DNA from: Chiloscyllium plagiosum
Lineage: Eukaryota
Direction: 5' to 3'
NCBI RefSeq assembly: GCF_004010195.1
Contig: NC_057728.1
Span: forward strand, 48,518,077 to 48,576,735
Length of the DNA: 58,659 nucleotides
The translations under genes were made by a program, and so were the position numbers. The notes under the pieces were generated by a model that did no database searches, had not been told where the DNA came from, and saw nothing but the letters and a program-made list of their open reading frames with translations. Below, one piece after another: positions 25,955 to 37,387 of this stretch (the first letter of the stretch is position 1; the number at the start of each line of letters is the position of its first letter).

Positions 25955-26197
25955 ATTTTTTAATCAACCTCAGATGTAATTTGATACGTCTGTGGTAGGT
26001 GGGACTTGAACCCAGATTTTCTGGTTCAGAGACAAAAGAAACTGCAGATGCTAGAATCCAAAGTAGACAAGCACGAGGCTGGAAGAACATAGCAAGACAA
26101 GTTCTCCATCTCCAGGTGCTGCCTGGCTTGCTGTGTTCTTTCAGCGTCCTGCCTGTCTACTTCTGGTTCAGAGATAGGGAAACTGTCACTGTGCCAT
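25955..26197 (-). mobile_element. tRNA-derived short SINE (5187 family) interrupted by a palindromic PLE-like insert at 26033-26160
   Basis: 14-bp TSD ttctggttcagaga at 26019-26032 and 26161-26174; the insert has inverted arms gtagacaagcacgaggctggaagaac / gttctttcagcgtcctgcctgtctac. Confidence 0.75.
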
Positions 26198-27358
26198 GAA
26201 CCTGAAATTTTCCACTATAACTTGCAACACTATTATTAACAGATTCATGCATTACCAATTTCACTAGATAATGCAAACATAAGCAACCTTTCCAAACTAA
26301 AGACTCATCCTTCTTAATCAAACCCCTTAATTATTATATCTGACATCTAATCACAATCAAATGATCATTCAATAAAATTATTTAATAAGACTTTATCTTC
26401 AACTTAGTATGTCTTTTACATTTTGGAAACAATATTTTTCAAACAAATAAAAAATGCGATTATGGAATTTTCAAATCAGGATGTCAGTCATGATATCCGT
26501 TCATGTCCAGTGCTTTATGTGATAATTAAATTGAGTTACCTTTCTGTCAATTAATGGAATTATCGACAATAATGACTTGTTCTGCTCTGATTCTGAAATG
26601 AATTAAAACCAAGCCATGTTGCATTATTTGATTGTCACAAAGGTATATCAAAATGACAGTGTGATGACGGGTGTAAAAAGAGTTAAGTCAGTGTGCTGAA
26701 TCGCTTGATTATCACTTCATAAACCTTTGCAAAATTATTTGGTTAAAGTTCTGAGAAATTAAGTGTTCCCTTTTATTCTGTCCTAATATTAAAGTTGCAG
26801 GTGTGGTGAAGTTCTGAAATACATACATTCAGGCTTCCTCTTGGTGAGCAGCATGTAATTTACAATCCATAATATAATCCTTGTTTCCTAAGTGTGTCTA
26901 GCGCAACATTCTCAAACTGTTAGTACAGTATAACTGCAGCCCAAATAGTTCTTGGTTAATGTATTAGTGCTGTGTTCATACTGGTATTACTTTATGTATG
27001 GCTTAAGATCTCAAAACAGAGAAGATTCTTCATGATATTTCTACGGTAAAAAGAATGATGTATGTTATTCTTTTGGCTTTCAGCTGTTTTCATTAATTCC
27101 AGTTATATAAAAGTTATGTACAACTTTTTCTGATTTCAGTCAGGTAGTATGATGTTTACATATCTTGGCTGCTGTTCAGCTGGGACTCTAATCATCCTTA
27201 GTTTGTCATAGAATATAAAAACATCTTGGTGTTAGGTTACTTTGTTAATCTCAGACAATAAAATCTGTGACAAATTGATTCAAACTTGTGTTTACATCTT
27301 CTTTTCACTTCCTACACCTAGTGGTACATGTAGGTATGTGCTCTGAAAATAGAACTTA

Positions 27359-27622
27359 GTTCTGAAGAAGGGACACGATTCAAAATGTGAACTCGATTTT
27401 CTTGCCCTGTCATACCTGTCCATCTTCCTTCCCATCTATCCGCTCCAGCCTCCCCTCCCAAAGGATCTATGCCCAAAAAGTCGACTCTCCTGCTCTTCGG
27501 ATGCTGCCTGACCTGTTGTGCTTTTCCAGCGCTACACTTTTCGACTCCTTGCTCCGGATACTCCCAGACCTGAGTTGCTCCAACAATTTTGGTTTTTGTT
27601 TCAGACTTCCATCATCTGCAAT
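27359..27622 (+). mobile_element. Nested decayed PLE terminal fragments
   Basis: gttctgaagaagggacacgattcaaaatgt (decayed hammerhead-like) plus a family-A piece at ~27405-27550. Confidence 0.6.
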
Positions 27623-28005
27623 TCGTTATTTTACGTATATACTTTATCTGCTTCATTTGTTTGCATATTTTTCTCCAGGAACAATTCACTCATCTGTCAC
27701 TAGAGCTGTAACTTGAGAGATGCCACTCCACAGCAAGCTTGGTTGACTACAAAACTCCCACTCTTCCTGTCTGTGAATGGATATATTGGAAAGATTTACA
27801 GATTGATTATCAGTCTATTTTGGCTGTGTTTTCAATGCACCTTCCATCAAATCCTGGAGTGGGGCTTGAACCTAGAACTTCTGGCTTAGTGGCAGGGATG
27901 CTTCTAACTGTGCCACATGAACTCTTGTATACGTATCGACTGAAATTTCATGGATGGCTGCATTGTAAGATTCATTTCTCCTTTCCAAGCTGGGAATAGG
28001 CCTGC

Positions 28006-28127
28006 AGAAAGTGAGGACTGCAGATACTGGAAATCAGAGTCGAAGATCAGAGGAAAAGCACAGCCAGTCAGGCAAATTCCGAGGAGCAGGAGAGTCAATG
28101 TTTCGAGCATAAGCTCTTCATCGGGAA
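28006..28127 (-). mobile_element. PLE family-A terminal fragment
   Basis: agaaagtgaggactgcag...tttcgagcataagctcttcatcggg, ending at the hammerhead motif. Confidence 0.85.
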
Positions 28128-29126
28128 TGGCTCTGGCTATGTCGTGCGTGGAGTAATGACTTGAATCTGCAAATACCTGCTGATTCAGCGTTGATCGGGA
28201 CTGGATTTCAGGTGTGTTCCATTGGCCTTGTAGGGAGCCAGAGGGGAGAGTGGAATGTTCACACTAAGATGCAGCATTTGTACAAACAGCTCCAGGAATT
28301 GCATTTGCACAAACCAATTATCTTTTTTAAGGTGAAAGTACTTTTTTAAAATGTTCATCAAATAATCTATACAATAAAAGGCAAATTAAAATCCTTATGC
28401 TTTTTAATACTTGTATATTTGTTATTTATTAAGTTCATGTATAAAGCAAACTTAGTCGGATCATTGTAGTTTCGAGGTGACTCCCTAACTGCTAAACAAC
28501 CCCCTCCTGCAATTTTGAAAATTCCCAGCATATTTTACAGCAATCAGAAAAAGCTGATTAAATTATAAATTAATAATGACCCAGAGTTTCTCATCAGCTA
28601 AAACATTCCGTTAATCAGCATATTTTGCTATGTACTATGATGTTGGCATTTGAATAACAGTATAAATCGTTTTGGGAGCTGATAGTTATCATCAACGGTA
28701 GCAATAAAATGGATTCCAAATATTTTAATTGAAAATTCACAAATAGCAGCTTTTATTCAATATATTTAATGTGATTGGGCTTAATTTATGATTTCAAATA
28801 TACTTATTTGAAGTAAAATATTGAAACTGAGATTGGATAACAGCCCAAACCCTAAATTAGACAAAATCAGGATATTCGGTTAACTTGTCCCATTGATTGC
28901 AAACACAGCAACAGTATCAAGATACTTGTTCATTTGAATAACTTCTGTGTGCAATCAGCTCTAATCAGGCTGTAGATTATCTGGACACATCAATGGGGGC
29001 CTAAAATGATAGCTTGTTAATGCCAGTCAAAGCTAATCTACACCTTTCAAAAGGGAGCGTAATTGTGGCTGGATCAGGTGCTGCCTGTCATACAGGAAGT
29101 GAATCTAACTTCGAAAGCAGGGAAGA

Positions 29127-29370
29127 ATGACAGAACATGGGAGACTGCAAGCTCCAACATTTACAGACTGCCCCAGAGGCTTTAACAGAGGAGGAAGAAA
29201 GGAGTAGCAACATCCTGTGGCCTTAGAGAATTGGAGGCCTACAGTACACTTACTGAAAAGGCAATGAGAGTTGACAACTGTTATGGGCAATGTAGGACTC
29301 AAAGTCCAAGAGCCTGGATACAGTGCCACAGCATGCTCAATGAGCTCACAAGTCGTCAATGTCAGTGAAC
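29127..29370 (+). pseudogene. Decayed Myb/SANT-like DNA-binding ORF of a PIF/Harbinger transposon (NAIF1/MSANTD-like)
   Basis: Translation across frameshifts: MTEHGRLQAPTFTD / APEALTEEEERSSNILWP* / RPTVHLLKRQ*ELTTVMGN / SPRAWIQCHSMLNEL, which fits the trihelix pattern of this family. Confidence 0.6.
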
Positions 29371-30207
29371 TCATCTTTGAATACTTTTCCTGTCAATTAC
29401 ACTTGCAATGTATCAACTGATCAAATTGTCACACTCCTAACATTCACCCACCAATAATTTCTATTAATTAGTCTTCATTTGACATTCTTAAGCTTCACAT
29501 TTCCCCATACACTTAGCACTAATTAGTCATGGTAACATATTATTTTAATGAAAAGATTGGCTGTAGATAGAGCGGTAGGGACCCAATGTGGCACTGTGGT
29601 AATGTCCCTACCTCTAGATTGGGGGTCCTTGGTTCAATTCCCACCTGCTGCAGGGATGTGTAATAACATCTCTGAACAGATTTGATTAGACAAATAGTTT
29701 TTTTTAATTACATGAATCACATATTAAAATATGTGCCTTATAAACTCTCACTGCTGTCACTTACACTCTTCACCAGAGAACACTTTTCCTGATTAGTTCT
29801 ATCTTTTCATGCTTACTAATTGCACCCTTCCAGATTCTGGTATTTATAAACTTCAGTGAGAAAGAGAGAGAGAAAGGATACCTTGTAATTTTGTCTTCTG
29901 GCTGCAGAGAATATTAGTATACTGTTCTTGCAATTCAGTAGGAACAGAAAGGGAACAAATGTATAAATGCTACTTCCAAGATATAGCATCAAACAGAGTT
30001 TGCACTGCATAATAGAAAGGCAGATAAGGCAAAGAATAGATAATAACTGGAGGATGTCCCAGGAATTCCAAACCCTTACCTCTGCCTGAGGGATGCACCG
30101 TGACAACAAAAGTAGGTCATACTACTTCCTTGTTTGTATAACAAGATAACTGGTTACATAAAGGGTCAGACCCCAAACACACCCCTTGACTTCATTGACT
30201 TAGTAAA

Positions 30208-30378
30208 GATTTGTTCTCAGATGTTTTGTCACCACATTTGGTAACATCATCAGTGAGCCTCTGTTGAAGCACTGGTGTTCTGTCCTGCTTCCTATTTATG
30301 TATCTTGATCTATTAAGGTGGGTGATATCATTTCCGGTTCTTTTTCTCAGAGGTTGGTAAATGGGGTCCAAGTCCATG
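30208..30378 (-). mobile_element. PLE family-B terminal fragment inside the foldback spacer
   Basis: DLDPIYQPLRKRTGNDITHL, close to 30690-30835. Confidence 0.85.
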
Positions 30379-32439
30379 TAACATCCTCCTTTGATGTCTT
30401 ACCATCCATTACCCTAGTCTTTCCACTCTCTCCCACAGAGGTATGCAACAACCTTACAAATATCCCACTGATATTATGCAGTGCAAACTCTGTTCGAAGC
30501 TATATCTTGGAAGTAGCATTTATACATTTGTTCCCTTTCTGTTCCTGTTGAACTGCAAGAACAGCATGCCAATATTCCTTCCAGCCAGAAGAAGACAAAA
30601 TCACAAGGTATCCTTTGCAATTTTTGAGAAGATTTGTAGCTCAGGTTGAGGTTCAGGTTGTAAGCTTGCTTACTGAGCTGGTAGGTTTGTTCTCAGACAA
30701 CATCATCAGTGAGCCTCTGTTGAAGTGCTGGTGTTGTGTCGTGCTCCCTATTTATGTGTCTTGATCTGTTAAGGTGAGTGATATCATTTCCGGTTCTTTT
30801 TCTCAGAGGTTTGTAAATGGGATCCCAATCAATGTGTTTCCCCAGGGTTCCCCAAGAAAGATGCCAGGCCTCTCGGAATTCCCATGTGTGTCTTTGTTTA
30901 GCCTGACCTAGGATAGATGTGCTGTCCCAGTCGAAGTGGTGTCCTCCTTCGTCTGTGCGTAAGGACACTAGTGATAGCTGGTCATGTCTTTTGGTGGCAA
31001 GTTGGTGTTCATGTATCCTGGCGGCTAGTTTCCTGCCTGTCTGTCAGATGTAGTGTTTATTACAGTCCTTGCAGAGTATTTTGTATATGACATTCGTTTT
31101 GCTGGTTTTGGGCGCAGGGTGCCTTAGGTTCATCAGTAACTGTTTCAGTGTGTTGGTAGGTTTGTAGACTACCATGATGCCAAGAGGTCAGATTAGTCTC
31201 ATAGTCATCTCTAAGATGTTTTTGATGTATTGCAATGTGGCTAGAGTCTCTGAGTGTGTTGTCTTGTTGTTTAAGAATCGGTGGACTGTGCTTATCAGGT
31301 ACCCGTTGTTCTTGAATACACTGTATAGGTATATTTCTCCTGCTCATAGTTCTTGGGTGCTGCAGTATGTTGTGGCGCATTTAAAAAATGTCCTGATGCA
31401 GCTCCATTTGTGGGTGTTGGGATAATTGCTCCTATAGTTGAGTATCTGGTCTGTGTGTGTTGCTTTCCTGTATTCACTGGTCTGCAGTTCTCCATGACCA
31501 TTTGTTCCATGTGACATCTAGGAAGGGGAGTCTGTTGTTGTTTTCTTCCTGTTTAGTGAAATTTGTGCCAGTAAGGGTGATGTTAATAATATTGTAACTT
31601 TCCTCTGGTCAACCTGAGCTACATATCTTCTCAAAAATCGCAAATGTCCATGGTCACAATATGCTCAAACTAGCCCAAAGATGGGAAAACAATACCATCA
31701 GACTGTATGTCCAACATGAATACCTCAGGAAACAGGCATTACCAAGATGTATCAAGTACAAACCAGCTCTAAACACCCCACAAGCCATAAGAATAACAGA
31801 ACAGAACGGCCACAGAATGTTGCGAGAAATGATTAATTATGCCCCCAACCAACTCCACAAATATGAATTGGAAATTTTGCACCAAAAACTTTGTACACTA
31901 ACACGACTGACCAGGAATGGACAAGCACGTTAGAATGAGCCATCGATCTAACAACAGTAGACCAAGACAAAGAAAAAATCTAGCCCTTCTAGAAAAATGG
32001 CAAGCTTACACAAATGAACAACACAAACAATTCAGAAGTTTAAATTGAGAACCTGTCGGACTAACTACTAGCGCACACAGAAAAAGCCATCCTAATAAGA
32101 GGGATGAACTACAACTACAGAGACATGGACAAAAGGACTTCCCAGCAGCACTGGAATCAACCTTGAAAGACAATGGACTTACGGAAGAACCCAGCAGACC
32201 ATCAGACAGACAGTAGCACCAACACTAAGCAGGAAGAAAGAAGAGAACACCCTCAACACACAGGGAAAGGAACCCCTAGAAAGACTCAGAAAATACGGAA
32301 ACAGTGTAATCCTACCAGCAGACAAAGAGTACATGACCAATTTGTAAACAGAACACAGTACATTGAAAAGACGAACTCGCTACTCCCAGATATCGACACC
32401 TACCAACAGGTAGTGATGAACCTGACTCCACAGCTAAAA

Positions 32440-32638
32440 GGAGAAAGTGAGGTCTGCAGACGCTGGAGATCAAAGCTGAAACTTTATTGCTGGAACAGCA
32501 CAGCAGGTCAGGCAGCATCTAGGGAACAGAAGATTCGACGTTTCGGGCACATTCCTGAAGAAGGGCATGTGCCCGAAACGTCGAATCTTCTGTTCCCTAG
32601 ATGCTGCCTGACCTGCTGTGCTGTTCCAGCAATAAAGT
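32440..32638. mobile_element. Palindromic family-A PLE insert nested in the family-B PLE
   Basis: Inverted arms; 13-bp TSD tccacagctaaaa at 32427-32439 and 32639-32651. Confidence 0.92.
32551..32586 (+). ncRNA. Minimal type I hammerhead ribozyme motif (PLE family A, best-preserved copy)
   Basis: AUUC-CUGAAGA-A-GGGC-AUGU-GCCC-GAAA-CG-UC-GAAU: stem I AUUC/GAAU, stem II GGGC/GCCC, palindromic ACGU stem III; predicted cleavage after C32582. Confidence 0.75.
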
Positions 32639-33120
32639 TCCACAGCTAAAAAAACTGTATCACAGCAATACTGAAGAAGCTCCACAAAGTAGGTGAAATG
32701 AACAAGACAGATTGGCAAAGAATAAAACCTGATGGATCCCACACACCCTGTTTCTACGGATCACCTAAGGTACACAAAACAGCCCCCCCGCCGACCCATA
32801 GTCTCACATCCCACCACACCGACATACAGACTAGCAAAGGACCTTCACCATAAACTGAAATAGCTAATAGGAAACTCATGCCACTCCATCCACTTCACCC
32901 AAGAATTCCTGAATATCATCAAAGACACCAAGATAGAAGAAGATGAAGTCATGGTCTCCTTCGATGTAATGGCCCTTTTCACAAGAATTTACATCAACTT
33001 GACTAAAGAAGCACAAAACACTGACCTCACTACGAGACAAACCAAAGACACAATCATGAGACAGCACCAACTCCATCAGCAAGGACAGCATCCTCAAGCT
33101 AGTAGACCTGTGCCTTACTC

Positions 33121-33248
33121 TTTCTGATGAAGAGCTTATGTTCGAAACGTCAACACTCTTGCTTCTCAGGTGCTGCCTAACCAGTTGTGCTTTTCCAGCA
33201 CCAAACTCTTCAACTCTGATCTCCAGCATCTGCAGTCATCACTTTCTC
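33121..33248 (+). mobile_element. PLE family-A terminal fragment beginning at the hammerhead motif
   Basis: ctgatgaagagcttatgttcgaaacgtc...ctgcagtcatcactttctc. Confidence 0.85.
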
Positions 33249-33309
33249 CTGTCCTTCACTACCCACTTCACTTTCAATGACATGACCTACAAACAAATCA
33301 ACGGGACAC

Positions 33310-33952
33310 TATTATGGACTAGGCCAGACCACTCAAAACATTCTTGAGCAGGCAACCTAGACCATAACTTTGCAATTTGTTTTGGTAAGTGTACAGTGAG
33401 AATTACCCGGAGTAAGCTAGCTAGGTTGACTACGAGGTTTTAAAACAGACAGAAATTTATTTACAAAATTATACAATGAAACAGAAAGGACAGAATAAAG
33501 AATCCCTGCAGAACTCTGTCTATCCAAACTAGACTTAATTATGCTGTTCCGAATATACGCAACAGTCCCAATAAGCAAACCCCCTTAAAACACAGTTTTA
33601 AAATGGAACAGATGCTTACACTTTGAAGTTAGAAGTGCAGAAAGAGAGAGAGTGAGTTTCCACACAGCTCACTGTTAAAGTCCTAACTAGTTCTGGACTG
33701 AACTGCTCAACTAGAGAGCTGACCACTCCCCTTTCGTTATACAGGTCACTTCTAAAACATGATCACTTTGGCCTGAAGTCTCGTCTGTTTACATATAAAC
33801 AACAAGGCCTCCCAATACCCTTTATTCTATGTACTAAACCAGTCTAATAGGCGCAGGGACCGTTTATGACCCCTCTGGAAAAAAAAACCAAGGAATAGTA
33901 TCCTTGAAAAAAGGAACAGCTTTTAGGAAAAAAAGGAACAAGCTTTGTGACA
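33310..33952 (-). mobile_element. Solo LTR (643 bp) inserted into the PLE RT
   Basis: Ends tattat...tgtgaca (TG..CA with one change); 4-bp TSD acac at 33306-33309 and 33953-33956 restores the RT motif NGTPMGS; minus-strand AATAAA at ~33456-33461. Confidence 0.8.
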
Positions 33953-36900
33953 ACACCCATGGGATCAATGTTATCAGGATTCTTAGCAGAAGCAGTGATG
34001 CCGAGACTAGAACGAACAGCCCTCCCCATGATGCAGCCAAGATTTGAGTCCACTATGTGGATGACAACTTTGTCATCACAAAATGGAATAAATTAGAGGA
34101 AACCTACAATATCATTAACAACATCCTTACTGGCCTAAATTTCACTAAAAAGGAAGAAAACAACAACAGATTCCCTTTCCTAGATGTCACAGTGGAACAA
34201 ACAGTCAATGGAGAACTGCAGACCAACGTTTACAGGAAAGCAACACACACAGACCAGATACTCAACTACAGGAATAATCATCCCAACACCCACAAACGGA
34301 GCTGCATCAGAACATTATTTAAATGGGCCACAACACACTGCAGCACTCAGAAACTACGAGCCACAGAAGAAAAATACCTTTACAGCGTGTTCAAGAAGAA
34401 CAGGTACCTGACAAACGCAGTCAGCTGATTCTTAAACAATAAACCCAAACACCCAGCAACTCTGGCTACAATACCATACATCAAAAACATTTCAGAGATG
34501 ACTACCAGAATACTCCAACCCCTTGGCATCATGGTAGCCCACAAACCTACCAACACACTGAAACAGCTACTGATGAACTTAAAGGACCCTGTACCAAAAA
34601 CCACCAAAACAAATGTCATATACAAAATACCTTGCAAGGACTGAAATAGACACTACATTGGACAGAAAGACAGGAAACTAGCCACCTGGATACATGAGCA
34701 CCAACTAGCTACCAGAAGACATGACCAGCTATCATTAGTATCCTTACGCACAATTGAAGAAGGGCACCACTTTGACTGGGACAGCACATCCATCCTAGAA
34801 CAGGCTAAACTGAGACACGCACAGGAATTCCTAGAGGCCTGGCATTCAAACCGGAACTCCATCAATAAACACATTGATTTAGATCTTATTTACCAACCTC
34901 TGAGAAAAAGAACCAGAAATGATATCACCCACGTTTAACAGACCAAGACACATAAATAGAAAACGGGACAGAATACCAGCACTTCATCATGATGATGTTA
35001 CCTAGCATAGCAACGAAACGTCTGAGAACAAACCTAACAGCTCAATGAGCAAACTTACAACCTGTATCCTTTGTCTCTGTCACTGAAGTTTATAAATACC
35101 AGAACCTGGAAGGGTGCAATTAGTAAGTATGGAAAGATAGAAGCAATTAGGAAGAAAGTTCTGTGGTGAACAATGTAAGTGGCTGCAGTAGAGAAAGAGC
35201 AGTAACCAATTAGCTAAATGGAAACATCACTTCCCATCAAAGTGCCTTCCCCATACCCTGCCTATTTTTTCTTATGCTTATTAATGTGACAGTCACATGT
35301 TTGATATGTACTTGGCTAGAAAATCAGGTTATTTCAAGCTAGCATTGTTGCATCAGGTCGATGAAGAGCATTTAATTGTAATAAATTAAATTCCAGTGAC
35401 AGTGCCTCGCCTACCCTGCAGGTTGACTTCAAATGACTTTGCAATAGATAGTAAAGCAATTTGTTAATGCCTTCCTAATGACTTTGGACATTACAGAGCC
35501 TGTTGTCATCAGTCTTGATCAAAGTTTGTAAATCTGATAGGCAGCATAGTGCAAGTGAGATTACCATAATCTGAATGTTTCATTTTGTCTTATATCAATC
35601 TATCTCTGAATTACAACTTAAATTTCGAAGTTTGGTATAATCCTATCTTCACTTGGACTGGAAGGACAATTTTACAGCAGTTGGGCCATCAGTTGACTTA
35701 GGGCTGGACGTCCATCTCTATATGAGAGAAAGTCCAGTTTCAGAAAGCTGCCAATCAGATAGCCATCAGTCTGTAGTCCCAGCCACACCATAGGAACAGT
35801 CGCCATTGCTGGAACTGTAATCAGACCCCAACCCCAAGTAAGCATAGAGCCTCATGCAAAGATAAGTCAATGTTTCACCAGGGCCTGTTAGCCTGGCTCT
35901 GTGAGGTGGGTGGCAGACCAGTTTCACTTCAGGAGGAAGAAGTATCATGTGGGGAAGGACACAGGTTCCCTGAACAGGAGCAATCTGTTCCCTAAGCCAG
36001 AAACAGGGCATGAGGTTTTCTACCTATTCAGGTGGCATCGGCTACATTTGTCACTGATTAAAATATAATGACAATGGAAGAAAGCCCTGAAAGGCCACTT
36101 AAGAACTTAAATAACCCAAAGGTTAGCAGAACTCCTACCCCTCCCCCAAAGCTGGTAAAGTTTCTGTGGATTGGGGGCTCTTGTGATACAATTAGTAGTG
36201 TCCCTGTCTTTGAGATAGCAGGCCCAGGTTAAAATTCCACCTGTTCAAAAATTTCTCACTAGCAATGGGTGGATATTAGTCATGGAACTGACACCATCCC
36301 GCCTGACTTTACACTCCCTGATCTGCCAGCTCTCTGAGGAGGCAGAGGGAATGTAAACTTCCACCCTTCTTAGAGTCACAACCTAATCAAATCCAACACT
36401 TAACTTTTCATTCAATAGTTTTGTGTTGTCAGATGTATTGTGGGTCCCATGAAAGTTGTGTCCATGTGATCTTATTTCCTGCCTGTTCCTGCTCCAAATT
36501 CAGCAAATGTTACAATTGCAATTTGCTTTTCATTGTTTTAGATGAAAACAATGAGCTATTTTCTAGCAGCTACAAAAACAAGCCAACCACAATTAGCAAG
36601 TAAGAATTGTCTTCCCTTAATATTGCCTTCAAAAGTACTTAAATGTTCAAATTTCTCTAATAATACCAAGTAAGTCCTAAAGAGGTAGTAATAAAATTTG
36701 CAATGGTTATTGTTTTTAAGAGTTTCATTGCTCATGAAATGGTGTTCATCCAAAAGGGACTGAAAATTCAAAGGCGGCACTAAAATTTCATCAGGTATTA
36801 AATTAAAAACGCTTCTATGAATTCTGAAGCCTTAATGTGACTGCGTCATAAATGTCCATTAGCAATCCAGTACACACAATGCAGCAATCATGAAACCTAT

Positions 36901-37387
36901 GGATTGAAAGAGCGGAGTGCAACATGTGAATTAAAAACTGGTAACTTTTTACATCAAACACTATTCATCTGTGCAAGAAATTATGGAACAGCTAATTAAA
37001 AAGTCTACAATCAAGTGACAGGGGAATATTGAAAACATTCTTCATTGGAATCTCATTAACATAATGGCAATTAATTTCTGTATCATCAGTGTTTCAGAAC
37101 TGGATATCGATATTGTATTTCATCAGCGGACTATAAACTTGTGTCAGATCTGACTTGACCACATCAAACAATACCAGGCCTTGTTTACTGTACCTAAATT
37201 ATTCATTCTTCTAGGCACACCCTGTACTTATGAATATGGAAACATGTCCCCTCTATCTTCACTTGCAGTAACAAATATAAAATGCTTATAAACTCTTTTC
37301 AACATATTGAAGCATCTTTTCAGCTGACTGCACTGCATACCCAACCCCTACATCTTGCCTAGCAAGCCAAACTCTTGCTGTTATGAC

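Larger units (their letters stand above)
30618..35063 (+). mobile_element. Near full-length decayed Penelope/Poseidon-type element (RT + GIY-YIG) with a ~1-kb inverted 3' copy at 30618-31608
   Basis: Forward arm from ~31610 has TPCFYGSPKVHK, MVSFDVMALFT, NGT|PMGS, YVDDNFVI, FPFLDVTV, VYRKATHTD and NVIYKIPCKD*NRHYIGQ. 10-bp TSD gtatcctttg at 30608-30617 and 35064-35073. Confidence 0.92.
29746..35195. repeat. ~270-bp inverted repeat (foldback/MITE-like); the right arm is split by the large PLE
   Basis: 29746-30014 is the reverse complement of 30472-30617 joined to 35074-35195. Confidence 0.85.

Noticed and set aside
30618..35063. Active or domesticated PLE reverse transcriptase gene
   Set aside because: Multiple stops, frameshifts and three nested insertions, including one inside an RT core motif.
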